Shown piece after piece: positions 42,200 to 54,410 of a stretch of 64,000 bases of DNA. The notes beneath the pieces were generated by a model that was given only the letters and a program-made list of their open reading frames with translations, was not told the DNA's origin and ran no database searches. The stretch is from the NCBI GenBank assembly GCA_023515725.1, contig JALDTO010000155.1:593147-657146 (forward strand). Reading direction: 5' to 3'. The DNA comes from Amoeboaphelidium protococcarum X5 (Eukaryota; Fungi; Aphelidiomycota). Position 1 is the stretch's first letter, and each line of letters begins with the position of its first letter. A program made the translations under genes and the position numbers.

Positions 42200-44634
42200 G
42201 TATGGTATGGCATAAGTATCCGTAGTGGTAGTAGGACCAAAGACATTGAGTAATCTAAAACCTTAGCTAGTTCCATTAGATGTCTATTACTGGATTTATT
42301 GTATAAAATCTGCTTAGAAGTCTCACCTTCTCATCTAGAAGGGGTTGCTTAAAAGGTTAATTGCTGGAGTGGTAGAATTGCCTCAGATCAAGTTATAGAA
42401 CTGCAAGAAATGTTAAGTTCGTGTCAAAATCTTTTCATAGGAGGAATTATTGTGACTTATATTCATTCATCTACTTCACTTACCATTTCTGATACGTTAT
42501 TAACACTGCTGTATTGTGCCGAATGGGGCTCACTCTACTCATACTGGTTCCACTGCAGAAGGCGCCGACGCGTCGATAAGAATACACAATTGGTGCATGC
42601 TAAAAGTGTAGTAGGACTACTTAATGTGGGTTAAAAGTACAAAGGTGCTTCTGAAGCTGCTCAAGGCCTGGGACGAAGTGAAGTAAGTCCCGATGTACTC
42701 GGATCAGGCATCTATTTACCTCATGGAGTAGCTGTAAGGAACTTTGTTGGGCAAACTGTTGCCAGTCGACTTAAGTGTCTTGGAATGGGCTTCTCTCTCT
42801 CCCTCTTTCGAGTTTGGTGACCATGTGGTGTAGTGGGATTCGGAGAATAAGCTTAGATGTTTGGTCGTATTATATTAGTTTGAACTTTCTTATATAAAAC
42901 TTGTTTGAGGTTTCTGCTTGATGAAGATGAAGGTGTAAATTGGTCTCTTAATCTAGTGGGAGAAATTATGCTGAATTATGAATTACGTATACCGCGAGAG
43001 ATGCTATTGCCTCTTTGTCAGTGTATGAAGCAATAGTGTCTGGTTAGTCACGTCCTCTTTGCATTCCGGTTTGAATGAAGTTGATTGTGGTGTTTAAAAT
43101 CCTTTAAGCGAATCGACTGACCATGCGTCTTTCCTTCTGTTGGCGGTAGGTGCTCTAGAGTTAAATTTGACGCTTGGCATGCTATGAAGAAAATTTGCAC
43201 TCCAAGGCATCATGCTTTCCAGTATGAGTTCTGCTCCTAACTCCATGACGCTATCTTTGTTGTCAATGAGGAGGTTGCTCGTGTTTTGAATTAGAAGGAT
43301 CTAAATTGCGTTGATGTGATGCAAAGCAAGCCTGACTATATACTGCAGCGTGTACGTAGATTAATCCCACCTGCACTTATTGTTGCTGATAGATTGCGGT
43401 ACGTCCTGTTGGAATTTAGTTAAGACAAATATACCGACCCTGATAGTGGGAAGCCATTGCTGGATGTTGTGGCAATACAAAACTTTCTGCACTTTCCAAT
43501 TATCCCGGTCGATATTGTTACTGCAATACGCAGTTCAAATTGCTGCTGTAACATGCCCCTAAAGAGAAATTATGATGGCTATGCAACAAGATTTTTCCTA
43601 GGATTTTAAGCATTATCTGACCGTCCATTTCCTCAGTGAGTTAGCAGAATTATGTTTGAGAATGAATATCGTCATGCTGCTTGGTCTCTGTTGAGTACGG
43701 ACAAATTGTCAATTTACTGTAGTGTTTTATCATATCTGACTAAGGATTCCACCAAGCATTGATTTCCCTACACGGCAAAGTAATGGCTTAGGCACCATCT
43801 AAACTGGCTAGTAATAAGCGTTGCTTTAATGTCTTTATGCAGTAAGGTGGTATATCAGTGATGCTTTTTCCCGTTCTATGAGTTGGCATGACTTTGGACC
43901 CTTGATTTCTCTGGAGGGCAACCCAAATGGCTAATCCTACATCAATGCTATTGATTATGCGGTGATTTTCTACATTAAGAGCTGAGAAAAGACCATGATG
44001 TTAGGAGATTTTTAGCAAGATAATGCACCCTGCCACATTGCCGAGATCGTATTACAGGAGATCATTCCCATTACAGTATTGTAAGAATAAGACTGGATTC
44101 TATTACGGATCTAAAGGAGCGCTAAGTTCCTTTGCTGTTGCTTTGTCACACAATTATTGCCTATATCGTTTTGGTAATTACAAGAAGGATATGCAGACTC
44201 GTTAAGAATACTCGAGTTACTCAGTCTCCACTGTTTTAAGGACGATAAGTTGGTAATAAAAAATCTAATAGCTGATATAGAAGAAGCCAGAGATGATGTC
44301 AGCAACTTTCGGGAGCGTTTTGACTGCCAAGTTGGAGTTGCATGATTGTCCGGTGAAGAAGTACTTGCCTTTATTAGAGAAAAGTTGTGTAAATTCGTTC
44401 GAATCTCCCCCCTTCCGCAGTTAAACAGTTAATATAATGAAATTGTAAATCATCTGCTCTGCCTGTAAGAAGACTTGAGTAAGAAAAGCTTGAGATGTGT
44501 CCGAGTCTTGCAGATAGGATAACCACTTGAATATTGGCCTATTTCCCCCAACTTAAGGTCGCCAGCGGAAGATATGAAAGTTCTCTCCGATTGGTCCTCA
44601 ATATAAATTTTAAACTTAAAGTACAATAAATGAA
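42200..44634 (+). pseudogene. Decayed coding sequence of unknown family (multiple TGAs and frameshifts)
   Basis: No continuous plus-strand frame even with TAR=Gln, yet long coding-like stretches occur, e.g. 44197-44633 with one internal TGA near 44343. Confidence 0.5.
43142..43490 (+). mobile_element. Transposase-like fragment with DxxH motif
   Basis: SRVKFDAWHAMKKI...HHAFQYEFCSQLHDAIF...LQRVRRLIPP...DPDSGKPLL resembles a fungal/oomycete DxxH transposase-like family. Confidence 0.55.
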
Positions 44635-44669
44635 TCTAATTAACATTAACATTATTCACATTAAACTTT

Positions 44670-46529
44670 TCAAAATATAAGAAAAGTTACAGAGGCACAG
44701 AATATGGCCACAAATCCCCAGACTATAGAGCAGATCAGAAAGGCTGCGTGTTGAAAGTTTAAATACCTTGCAGATATGTGACCTCGAATGAGAAGCTTCT
44801 AAGCATGAACCAATTCTTTCTAGTACCGCTCGTACCGCGACATCTAACCACCACTTCCCAGAGTGTCTAAACTTATACCAGACAAGTTATTCAAATTCAT
44901 CAAACGGCCGCCATCACCATCAATAGGTTCAGATATGAAATCACGAAGTTGCGGATACTTGTCAATCAACTTCATAATCCTCCATCGCCACAGTAATATG
45001 GCTATAAATACAGCGATAAAATACTAAAAGTAAATCACAGCCAACTTGACGAGCATCCAATAGAATCCAACCTCTTTATTACGCTACACTGACGGACAGC
45101 TTATGGTGCACTAGGAACCATTTTGGGGGAGGAAGTCGAGCAGGAGCACTGCGGCAGTAAATGTCGACATGAGCATCACACAGTACACGTGTTGATGGAT
45201 AGTGTCCAGGGCCATCACAATAACATTAACCAAATAATCCATAAGCTCTCGAGCATTGTGCGGACTTGCTGTGAGTGATGACACTTCACTGCTATTCAAA
45301 TCAATCCAATTCATATGATATTCACTCTCATACCTCAAATGATTCTACTGCTGATTAAAATGCTACTTGTTCCTACTGCTATTATTATTCCGATTAGTTA
45401 TACCACGAAGCAGCTTAGTTCTAGGCTTCAATTTATCGTATAGATCAGAAAGAACATGTGTGAGATCCAGTACATTGGCAACCAGAACGATGATTGAGGC
45501 AATCCAAACATAAGGCCCAACTGATGCTGGAATAGAAAACACCAGCAAGTACTAGAACAAGGACGCGAATAACCTGAACGGATACATGGCCAACATGACG
45601 TTATTCTTATCATCAATACAGTTCTGAGCCCAAGTCTTGATGCTATGCGCAATGACCAATACAAGCACATTGTATCCAAACACTAGAAGCACCTGGTATC
45701 CATAATCATTCCACATCTGTAATTGGACGTTAATCTCCCACAGCGAGATGCACAATTCCACTAGAATAACTGGCAATACCGACATGAGATAAGCATACGA
45801 GAAATCACGATAAAAATGGAGGCCGCTTTCTCTCCAGCATAGATAACATATCGCAATCAAAAAAGCGGCTAAGACATAATTCAGATTAATATTCAGCCAT
45901 ATCTTACATTCAACAGACAGGATGAGCCACATTACAGACAGTATGATCATCCACTCTATCCAAGACTTGGACCGGTGATCACGAACTGTAATCGGCTCCT
46001 TGCAGCAGGTGGAATCATGTTCAAACTGAAGCAATTATACGTTACGATGCAAGTTTCGATAGTCCTACTTGAAGAGATAAGGTACGAATATGAGCCAGTA
46101 TACAGGAGTAACCGCCCGCCGCACAGCCATAAACTCATTTCTAGACTCTGGCCACTGCATTACGAATACTGCAGTCACAACTATGAACAAAAACATTGGC
46201 ACAATCAGCTTAATACATCTCTACCAGTTCAGGTAATGCGGATACGAGAGATGGAGCGGGTAGATTAAGAATACGGCGAATATGGGAGATCCAAATACGG
46301 CCACCTGGGATAGAATCATGGCCGTCCTCTATTCACCTGTCAGCTCTGCACAATTAATTCTAAATATCTCAAATTCCGGTGTCCCATTAAAAGACACCAT
46401 ACAAGGGCCGGTAATTCGCACCAGTGTCTAAAAAAGTAAAATCAGACCAAATGACACTATGGGGATGACCACAAATTTTACCAAATATCGATTCACCAGA
46501 GATGATATTTTCCACTACTAAATACCCAT
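44670..46529 (-). CDS. Multi-pass membrane protein of unknown family (619 aa)
   Basis: Single open frame with TAR=Gln joins four track ORFs; about 12 hydrophobic segments. Confidence 0.75.
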
Positions 46530-46850
46530 AATCTAGAATGCTTTGATATCTCAATATAAATATAATCTACTAAGTAATATAATCTTTAAAATAGCAATGA
46601 TATAATGATGCAAGATAGTATATGAAATACGTACAATGGTTGTTCTTTTTCGTGCGTGAATAAAAGAACAGTCGGCGCGGCGATCAAATGGTAGGAGAAT
46701 TTGAACTACGACGAGTGCTTGATCGGCAGGCTCATTTAAGAAGTAGAAGGGATTTGCGCTGGTTGAGAATATCTTTCAATAATCATACTAAAATATATAT
46801 ATGCTCAATTTATTATAAAACAAGACCATTATTTTCACTACTGACACGTA

Positions 46851-49229
46851 TCAGAGCAATGTGTCGATGCGAATGAGACCACTTCTGATGGAGGAAACGA
46901 TGAGCGTCTCATTGCCAACAGTGCAGAAACGCACCTGGGACACTTGGCACTCTTGAGGAACATACTCCGGTCTCACGGCAGTATTCTTCATATCAATCGA
47001 CCGTCTACTGCAATCGCCTTCAATGAACAGGATTCCTGAAGAGGGGAGCTGTGGATCGCTCATCATTGGCACCAGGTGGTACACATTTTGCATGAATGAT
47101 GGAACACGGTCGCGACTATGCACATTCCATGACTTGAGAACATTTGTAAATTTACTAAATCCAACTCGACCATCAGCAGACGCGTATACAACGAATGGTT
47201 CTCCTCCTTCAATAGACGTCACGTCGAAGCTGTGTACCTAACTCTAGTGTTGAGTAACTTTACCACTTCTGAAATGATCATTTTCGCTATTAGTGGCATT
47301 ACTTGCGGCAAAATTCATCAATTTTAGAGTGCAGTCATTCTAGGCATACATCAAAGAATCACATTAGGGCAACCACTAGACTTACGGGAGAAATCCTCTT
47401 GATCTTAATGCAACCAGACTGTGCGACATATCACAGATACTGGTGATTAGTATTCTGCCATCATAACCACATGAAACTATTTTGACATCTTGTTGTTCTT
47501 AAGCAGATTCTCTCACAACAGATAATGATGTGATGGAACATTCATGTATCAACGCACTCAGAACGACACTCAAAAAACCGCCATTCTCAGATTGATTAAA
47601 TAACCATATCCTGCCACAAGAATCACCAGCCACTAACGTATCTCCATCAATGCATTATATGGTAGTGAATTGGGAATCCACAGACTAATAATGAAATACA
47701 CTTTCCATCTTGACAGATTCTTCCGCTTGGAAAGATAATACCTAAATTAGATTATATGCAGCAAGCGAACCATCCTCAAATGATACCCATAATAAATTTG
47801 AAAAGAATTTCAAGCATAAGACACTGCCGTGATCTGTAACTAACGACAATATACAGCAAACTTGACCTGCACCGTTCAACCTCCATACTCTAATTACAGA
47901 TGGACCGCCCTTCTGGACACCAACAATCGGTTGATCGATAATAGATAAAGAGCCACCGCACGCTATAAACGTGCAACTAGTATCACTAACTTGGATCTGA
48001 AATATCTCCATTGCCAGAATAAGTCCACCGTTATTGATAATTGTACACTTGTTATCATTAAAAGTCAACAATTCACAATCTTCAGGGAATGATAACAGTT
48101 ATACTTCCTTGTCATCATTAGATACGCGAAATATCTCAAGCGGAAATTTCTAAAGTGCATACAAAGACCGCTACTCCTCAGAGAGACTAATAACATCTTT
48201 CTACGGATAAATAACAACCGCAGCAGTTGGCTCTTCTTAATTAATGCTATCCATACGCCAAGTAATCTGTCCAGAATTGTACGACGATCGTCCTCTATAT
48301 CTTTTACGAGTCTTAGTTGTGCGCTTATATTCATCCAAGGTGACTTATTCAGCATTTTTGAACTTGATATTAGCATATTGCAATACATCAAATCCCTACC
48401 AATAGTATGGAACATCCTTTAATTCGACTGTGGTAGACGCCCTTTAGAGATGGTCCATCATTTACTCACAATCCACAGAGTCAACTACAATTTACTACTA
48501 CTATTTCCCATGGATCAAAAGTGCTTCTAAAGAGTGATAAAACGTGTCAAAGTGATACTTGAGCGATGGTAATACTTTAAACTCTTTATCGCAGCCGGGT
48601 AGAGGACACTTGTACATGGCACCTGTTTGAGAAGCAGTACTCTTTCTACTCTTGTTCTTTTTAGGACGTCCTTTTTTTACTTTATCATTCGAATTAACTT
48701 CATCCTAGATATTTAACTACGCGTTATCAGTGCCATGCGAAGGCTTTACAGTTAGAATCTTTTCAAATTCTTGTACATTTACAGCAACTTTCGGTCCTTT
48801 ACGGGGTAGTTTGAGTTGCAACGAATTTGTATAATTTTCATACAGAGTGACCAGCGATTGCAGAGCCATTTGATCAACCATTAATTGTTATTCAGAGGAT
48901 AGTTACTGTACTTGAGGTGGGTTCTACTCTTCTGCTATGCTGATTTCACTATCGCTATCTTGCACAATGTCAGAATCCTGATCAGCTACATCTTGCTCAG
49001 ATGCCACAGAATGATCTTCGTTAGTGGATGACTGGTGATCGGGTAAATCTTCTTCCAATATGGCGTCTACAGCTTCCTACTGCTCGTGATCAGAAGTGAT
49101 TTAAAATTCTTCATCGTCACTGGGATTACTGTTAATTTCCAGTGACTTGTTGTCTTCATCACCATCTGATAATTATGGATAAGTGTCATAGTTGTAACTG
49201 ACACGCTTTCTAACGCGTTGGGGCCGCAT
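46851..49229 (-). CDS. TFIIIC WD40 subunit-like protein (GTF3C2/Tfc6-like)
   Basis: 792 aa with an acidic N-terminus, AT-hook KKGRPKK, C2H2-like YKCPLPGC...YH and WD40-like C-terminal repeats. Confidence 0.6.
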
Positions 49230-49311
49230 TTTTTTTAACTTTTGCCGTTTGATTTTGCAAGGAGAAAAAAGTTTAAGCCTGTGATTATTGACGCGTAACG
49301 CTCGTTAGTAC

Positions 49312-49530
49312 GGTAGAGTGGTTCGAACGTTTTGTTTCATAACTATCCATTTGAAACTCGGCGGAAATCCACTATTAAGGTCATTCCCTTCTTCTCATGC
49401 GCAAATGTGACCCTTTCATGTAATTCACCGCAGAATTCCTGCACGTTGCTGACAAGGCGAAGTAGGGGGCGTACCTTATTAATGAATTGTTGACTTCGAG
49501 ACTATATTCACCGAATGAAAAGACACTACC
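49312..49530 (-). ncRNA. Unassigned ~220-nt rod-like structured RNA candidate
   Basis: Nested stems 49312-20/49524-30, 49356-63/49509-16, 49366-81/49473-88 (15 of 16 pairs) and 49386-94/49459-67. G-U pairs form only on the minus strand. Confidence 0.5.
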
Positions 49531-49580
49531 AGGACTGAGAGTCGAGCAGAGACACCAACAGAAATAAAAGAAGATAAATA

Positions 49581-50231
49581 TATGTTAATAAGATAAATAC
49601 TCTATTAACACGTTAAGTGGAAGAAATCAATGTTCATAAGAGGCGCGCATATATACTGCAGATACTTGCTTATTCGAGATGTCAATGATGAAAAAGGTGC
49701 GAACTTGAAACAATGTTGATCATCTGCCCTTCAGAGTCAGCTATTGATACTTAGTTGCCGCGTCTCCCAACAATTCGTCAAGCTAAATATTACCGTTGGG
49801 TAGGGAGCGCCTTTGGTGTACTGGTAACATAGTATCCTTCCAAGATATTGCAGTGGGTTCGATTCCCGCAAGGCGCAATTTTTAATATTTTTGGTTAGCT
49901 ATGCTTAAGTTTTTCAGTTTGTGAGCCTACAATCACTTCTCTGGATATTTCCATCACAAAGCAATGTTAAACCGGATTTACTCTTTCCGCGAATCACGCC
50001 TCTTTTCCAGACATCACAAAGTCGCTCCTCGCGCGGTAATAATTTATCACTTGTACGGTAAGTACTACAGATTTTAACAATCCGAGAAACTAAGCGTAGC
50101 CTTGAAATAGAAACATTGGTGTATATTCTGTAAATTTTTGCATGCTTTATAACGCTATGTTAATAAGAAGTTACTCTATTAGTACGTTAAGTGGAAGAAA
50201 GTAATGTTCTTGAGCGGCGTACACTGCGGAT
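49581..50231 (+). repeat. Imperfect ~80-bp direct repeat (49581-49663 and 50156-50231) bracketing the tRNA
   Basis: Shared TATGTTAATAAGA...TACTCTATTA..ACGTTAAGTGGAAGAAA..AATGTTC, with a 17-bp identical core at 49610-26 and 50184-200. Confidence 0.8.
49807..49877 (+). tRNA. tRNA-Gly(TCC)
   Basis: Acceptor stem GCGCCTT/AAGGCGC, D arm, anticodon arm GTATC-CTTCCAA-GATAT, GGTTCGATTCC T loop, followed by a T-run. Confidence 0.95.
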
Positions 50232-52160
50232 GAGTTCATAAAGTGCTGCTGAGTGCACAAGAAAACCACCTTATCCTTGATTAATGGACTATTTTAGACA
50301 TAATCTGGCAAATACTCATAGATGCTTCATTCTGAATCATCCTGATCTAACTAGAGCTTGGTTGGACGGATTAAACCATCAAGATTAGCGTATTCTTACG
50401 GTGGAAGAAGTATAGACGTATCGAAAGCAACGCCATTAAAATGTAGCAATCACATGACTCTCTGTAACGTCTTGAATGGTATTTATGATGAGATCTATGC
50501 AATTGTTTCATAAATTCCAAAGCATAACAGATAAGGGGTAGTATATGGAGAAATAGTGCAATTCAGGGAGAATTGGCCAAGTTATCTGAGACTGATGCAT
50601 TTCCTCTAACAATATAATCTGGCACATGGTCTCGTCAAGTTCAATATTCTACCTGATGTGTCCTTAATGCCATTCCATATCAAGCTGAACAATCATTTGT
50701 GTTAATATACCAAGTGCTTCGGCAATAATTCAGAAGAGAGTCTCGATAGATTCAGAAATCTCCTAGATTTGCCTGATTGGTTTGAGGACCGTTTGATGCC
50801 TTAGCGCCTGACAGATCTGTACTCCATTAGCATTCCATACAAAGCGGGAAATCCAGTCGACACAGCTACAGAAGTATTAAATGATTAGTTTGGAGAAGAT
50901 TTCGCTGATTTACCAGGTACAGCTGGCTGGGATGAGGAAGATGTTCTGGGAGCTGATATAATTGATTTACCCGACGATGAGGAGCAGCAACGATAATAGC
51001 TGCTACATCTGGTAGTTGATGAAGAGAAGTTAGAAGCTGAAGCTGAAGGCGATAACCGATGGGACTGGCTTAATGATGCAGACTATTCATAAAGTAATAT
51101 CAACGAGTAGACAATCCTGAGAATAGGAGTCGACGTTGGTGTGATCAACTTTGCTGTGGCCATCCATGTGCGCGCTTCTTCAGATGCTAATGCTTTGCAA
51201 GTCCTATTGGCTACTAGACCAAGAGATTCAACAGTCGTATATCAGACTACTGCCGACTATTTCCATCGTCTGCATAGCGCTGTTGGCCCAAGAGCAAGTC
51301 TAATTAGAGATTAGTACTCTCTTCCTCGTCGCGGTGGTAACTTGCAGTAATTCTTATTAAAAGATGGTTCCTCTGCTGCTTTGACAGACGAAGGTATGAA
51401 TGTGTATTTGACTCTGGAGTACTAGCGTATGAAATTCCGCCACCATGTACAGATGTCTGGAATTTTAAAAACTATATGCTGCAAGCCCCTCCAATTTGAC
51501 ATTATTATGGATTCGATTGTCGGCAAAGACGCTAAAAGTAGCAGATTCTCATATAATATGCTGCGCAATAACATTTAGCGACCAACAGTGCTCCTTCAAA
51601 ATTATAATTCAGAAGTATCAATGATGATAGACCTCCACGAGAAAGGGTCATCGAACCATAGCCTCTACTGCGAGTAAACTTATCACAAAGTCGGCAAGGC
51701 CTCAAAGATACTCTGTTCCGAGATAATGTAATAATTAGTTCAACACTGTCGATCAGTAGATCTAACTCAAGAGCTAATAACTGTACAAAATGTGATCGAG
51801 AATATGAATAATATTTGGAAGGGCGAGAGCTAATTGTACTGCTTCTCAAGTGGCCTTTTCAGCTCTCTGTGACCAGCTAGTAGATTGACTGTAGCAAATA
51901 AATGATAGATGGATTATTGTGGACTGCATCATTAGTCTACTTCAAATCATCCGGTCTGCACGTAACAGCTCCGATCAATGGAAAGAAATTGACCATAGGA
52001 TTAGGAATGTCATAAAGTCGCAGTAGGCGACTAGCATGAAGATGACAAAGCGCCTCCTAGCTTATAGCAGAGGAGGCGCAACGCGAGTATTAATAATGAA
52101 ATCATGAGCGAATAGACTTTATTCGAGTGGTTAACTCAAATTTATTTAAAGTCTATTATC
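50230..52160 (+). mobile_element. Fanzor1/TnpB-like RuvC nuclease locus, partly decayed (main ORF 50454-51872)
   Basis: With TAR=Gln, motifs appear in Fanzor order: KFNILP...PFHIKL (~50640), TDLYSISI (~50811), RuvC-I IGVDVGVINFA (51123-51155), YQRMKFRHHV (~51420). RuvC-II/Zn-finger remnants follow; the ends carry TGA and frameshift damage. Confidence 0.65.
52050..52157 (+). ncRNA. Candidate omegaRNA scaffold: two hairpins 3' of the Fanzor-like ORF
   Basis: Perfect stems GCGCCTCCT/AGGAGGCGC (52050-58/52071-79) and AATAGACTTTA/TAAAGTCTATT (52111-21/52147-57), each with an inner stem. Confidence 0.45.
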
Positions 52161-52901
52161 GTCTTTATAACAAAGGAGATTAAACTCAACAACAGTGTCA
52201 TCAATAATCAATCGAGTGTGTGAGAAGTAGAAGAGATGCTGGAGTCTTCAGCGAAGAATTGAATTAGAAAAGGAAACTAAATCTACCATAGCTATCAGTG
52301 GTAGTAATAAAGGAGTCAAGAAGAATGGTAATTGGGTTGACAGCCATCAAACTGCGCTTCAAGCGGAATTTGAATGATGACGGCGATGGCAATGAATAGT
52401 AAGAAGAAAGAGAAAACGGTTGACTGTGGCGTGAAGCAAGTTGGATGCATAAAGAGCTATCCATGTTCTATTACTCGAAAAGAGACTGTGCTTACTGAAC
52501 CTCATCAAGACGGTCAGTTGATTCTTCCTCCTGCAACGGAGGGTGATTTAAATTAAGCTCGCTAATAGTATTCAGACGAACATTTAGTCTTTTGAATTAG
52601 TTACTAATGAAATTCATTAATTTCTTTAATCAGTAGTTAAACGATAGGAAGGATGAGGTTGGAAAAATTTTGATGGATACAGTCGACAGGAGAAGAAGCG
52701 TGAATGTTTGCCCACTAAATAATGATAACACGATCCGATTGAATTTAATTACTCTAATGCGAAGTACTACTCCCATTAAGAAGCCGAACATTCGCCTGAT
52801 AAATATAAGACATATTAAAAAGAGGAATATGCGAGTAGATAGACTCATTACTTCACTTTCATCTGCAGACATATAAACATCAACGAGCACCATGCATTAA
52901 G

Positions 52902-54080
52902 TCATTCATCATCTTCATCGCCACTTTCAGAGACCTCACTACTGTCTGATCCACCATGATCATTATCACTTTCACTACCATCAGTATCGCTATCACTACT
53001 ACCATCCTCACTATCATCCCCACCAACATAATCTTCATCTTCTTCAGAGTTGTAATCATCATCAACCGGTAGTATACTCCCACCACCAAAATCTTGGCCG
53101 CCAACTTGATCCATAGATAAACCACCAATTCTGAGTGCAGACTATTACGATGCAGACGCGTTCCTACTATCAAGAGACTTGTCCAAATCATGTTTATGAA
53201 TATACGCCATGATACCATCAAACTCTTCATACGCAATCATTCCGAACGTGAACACCTTCTCACTGGTATTGAGCACCCAGTCGAAAGTTCGGGATGTTAT
53301 ACCAGAAATTTCAACTGACTTGATTTAATTAAACGGCATATACAACACAGGCTTCTTGAATCCAAATAAAAGGCCAGTACTGAGCATGAATAAATGTCCT
53401 TCTTTGGCACCCAGATGGCATTGCATAAAAGAAGAATAGACATTCTTGCATACTTTGGACTTGAACTCTGATAAATCAGATTTGATAAGATTATACTTCA
53501 ACTCGTGTTAAAGCAGATTACATACAATCTCAACGTTACTTGATCCAAGCAGTGATTTGGCATTATGTACCACAATATCAGGCCGCTCATGAACAACTAC
53601 ACAAATGATGGAATCATCCGGTACGGTAACCTGATGGTTGTCCTCAGTCCGACTGATAAAAACCAACACACATGACTAGTCAGATTTAGATGGATTATGT
53701 AGACAGAATATCTATAAATGTTCTAATAGTGCTGCGATCTGAGTGCTGGTACCACATTATACAACGCGTACATCATTCGATGATATCAGCAAATCCACCT
53801 TCTTTCTAACTGGCAGCGTACAACTAAGATCCTTAATACGGATGTAATCGGACAAGTCTTTTATATTATCTTGTGGTTATTCCTCGCCTGGTATATATTT
53901 TCTCTTTTTACTCATACTTTTTTCAACGGAGCTATCATTACGCAGAGATTACTATTATGAGAGATAGTACCCATTCAAGCGACGCAATACATCAGTGCTT
54001 TATGGATAGTCTTTTATCAGAGATTAGATATCATCCTTAAGTTTCTAATCTTGAATTTAATCCAGCCAAGTGCTCTTCAT
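52902..54080 (-). CDS. RTT106: Histone chaperone Rtt106 (double PH, acidic tail)
   Basis: CHLGAKEGHLFMLSTGLLFGFKKPVLY...SGITSRTFD, EFDGIM and a long D/E tail. Alternative ATG at 54089. Confidence 0.85.
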
Positions 54081-54200
54081 AATTGTCATTTCCACTCGTA
54101 AATGTTTCAATAATATGCCACCGTCTCACTTGCTATAATTGTAATAGAGAAACAAAATGCTTTGTCTTTCTCATGCAGTCACAGTCAGCTCTTCAATGAA

Positions 54201-54341
54201 ACGCGTAAGGAGAAAGAGTGACAAAGCGAGCGTGCGTGTGAGAGAGAGTGAGAGAGATTGTGCGTGAGTGATAGAGAGACATTCAACTCACGCGTCTCAT
54301 CTGGTTGTTTGGGGAGATTCGCCTGTAACGAGAGAACGCGT
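54201..54341. promoter_or_regulatory. Three ACGCGT (MCB-like) sites with GA repeats upstream of RTT106
   Basis: ACGCGT at 54201, 54290 and 54336. Confidence 0.5.
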
Positions 54342-54410
54342 TTGAGGCTTTATTGCCCATACGCTATAGCTAATACTATGTTTATTAATTTGAAAATTTG
54401 CTGACGTATA

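Noticed and set aside
49807-49877. The tRNA as the TAR-decoding Gln tRNA
   Set aside because: The anticodon loop is CT-TCC-AA, which is Gly, not UUA or CUA.
49581-50231. CRISPR array
   Set aside because: Only two long imperfect repeats ~575 bp apart in a eukaryotic genome, with no repeat-spacer periodicity.
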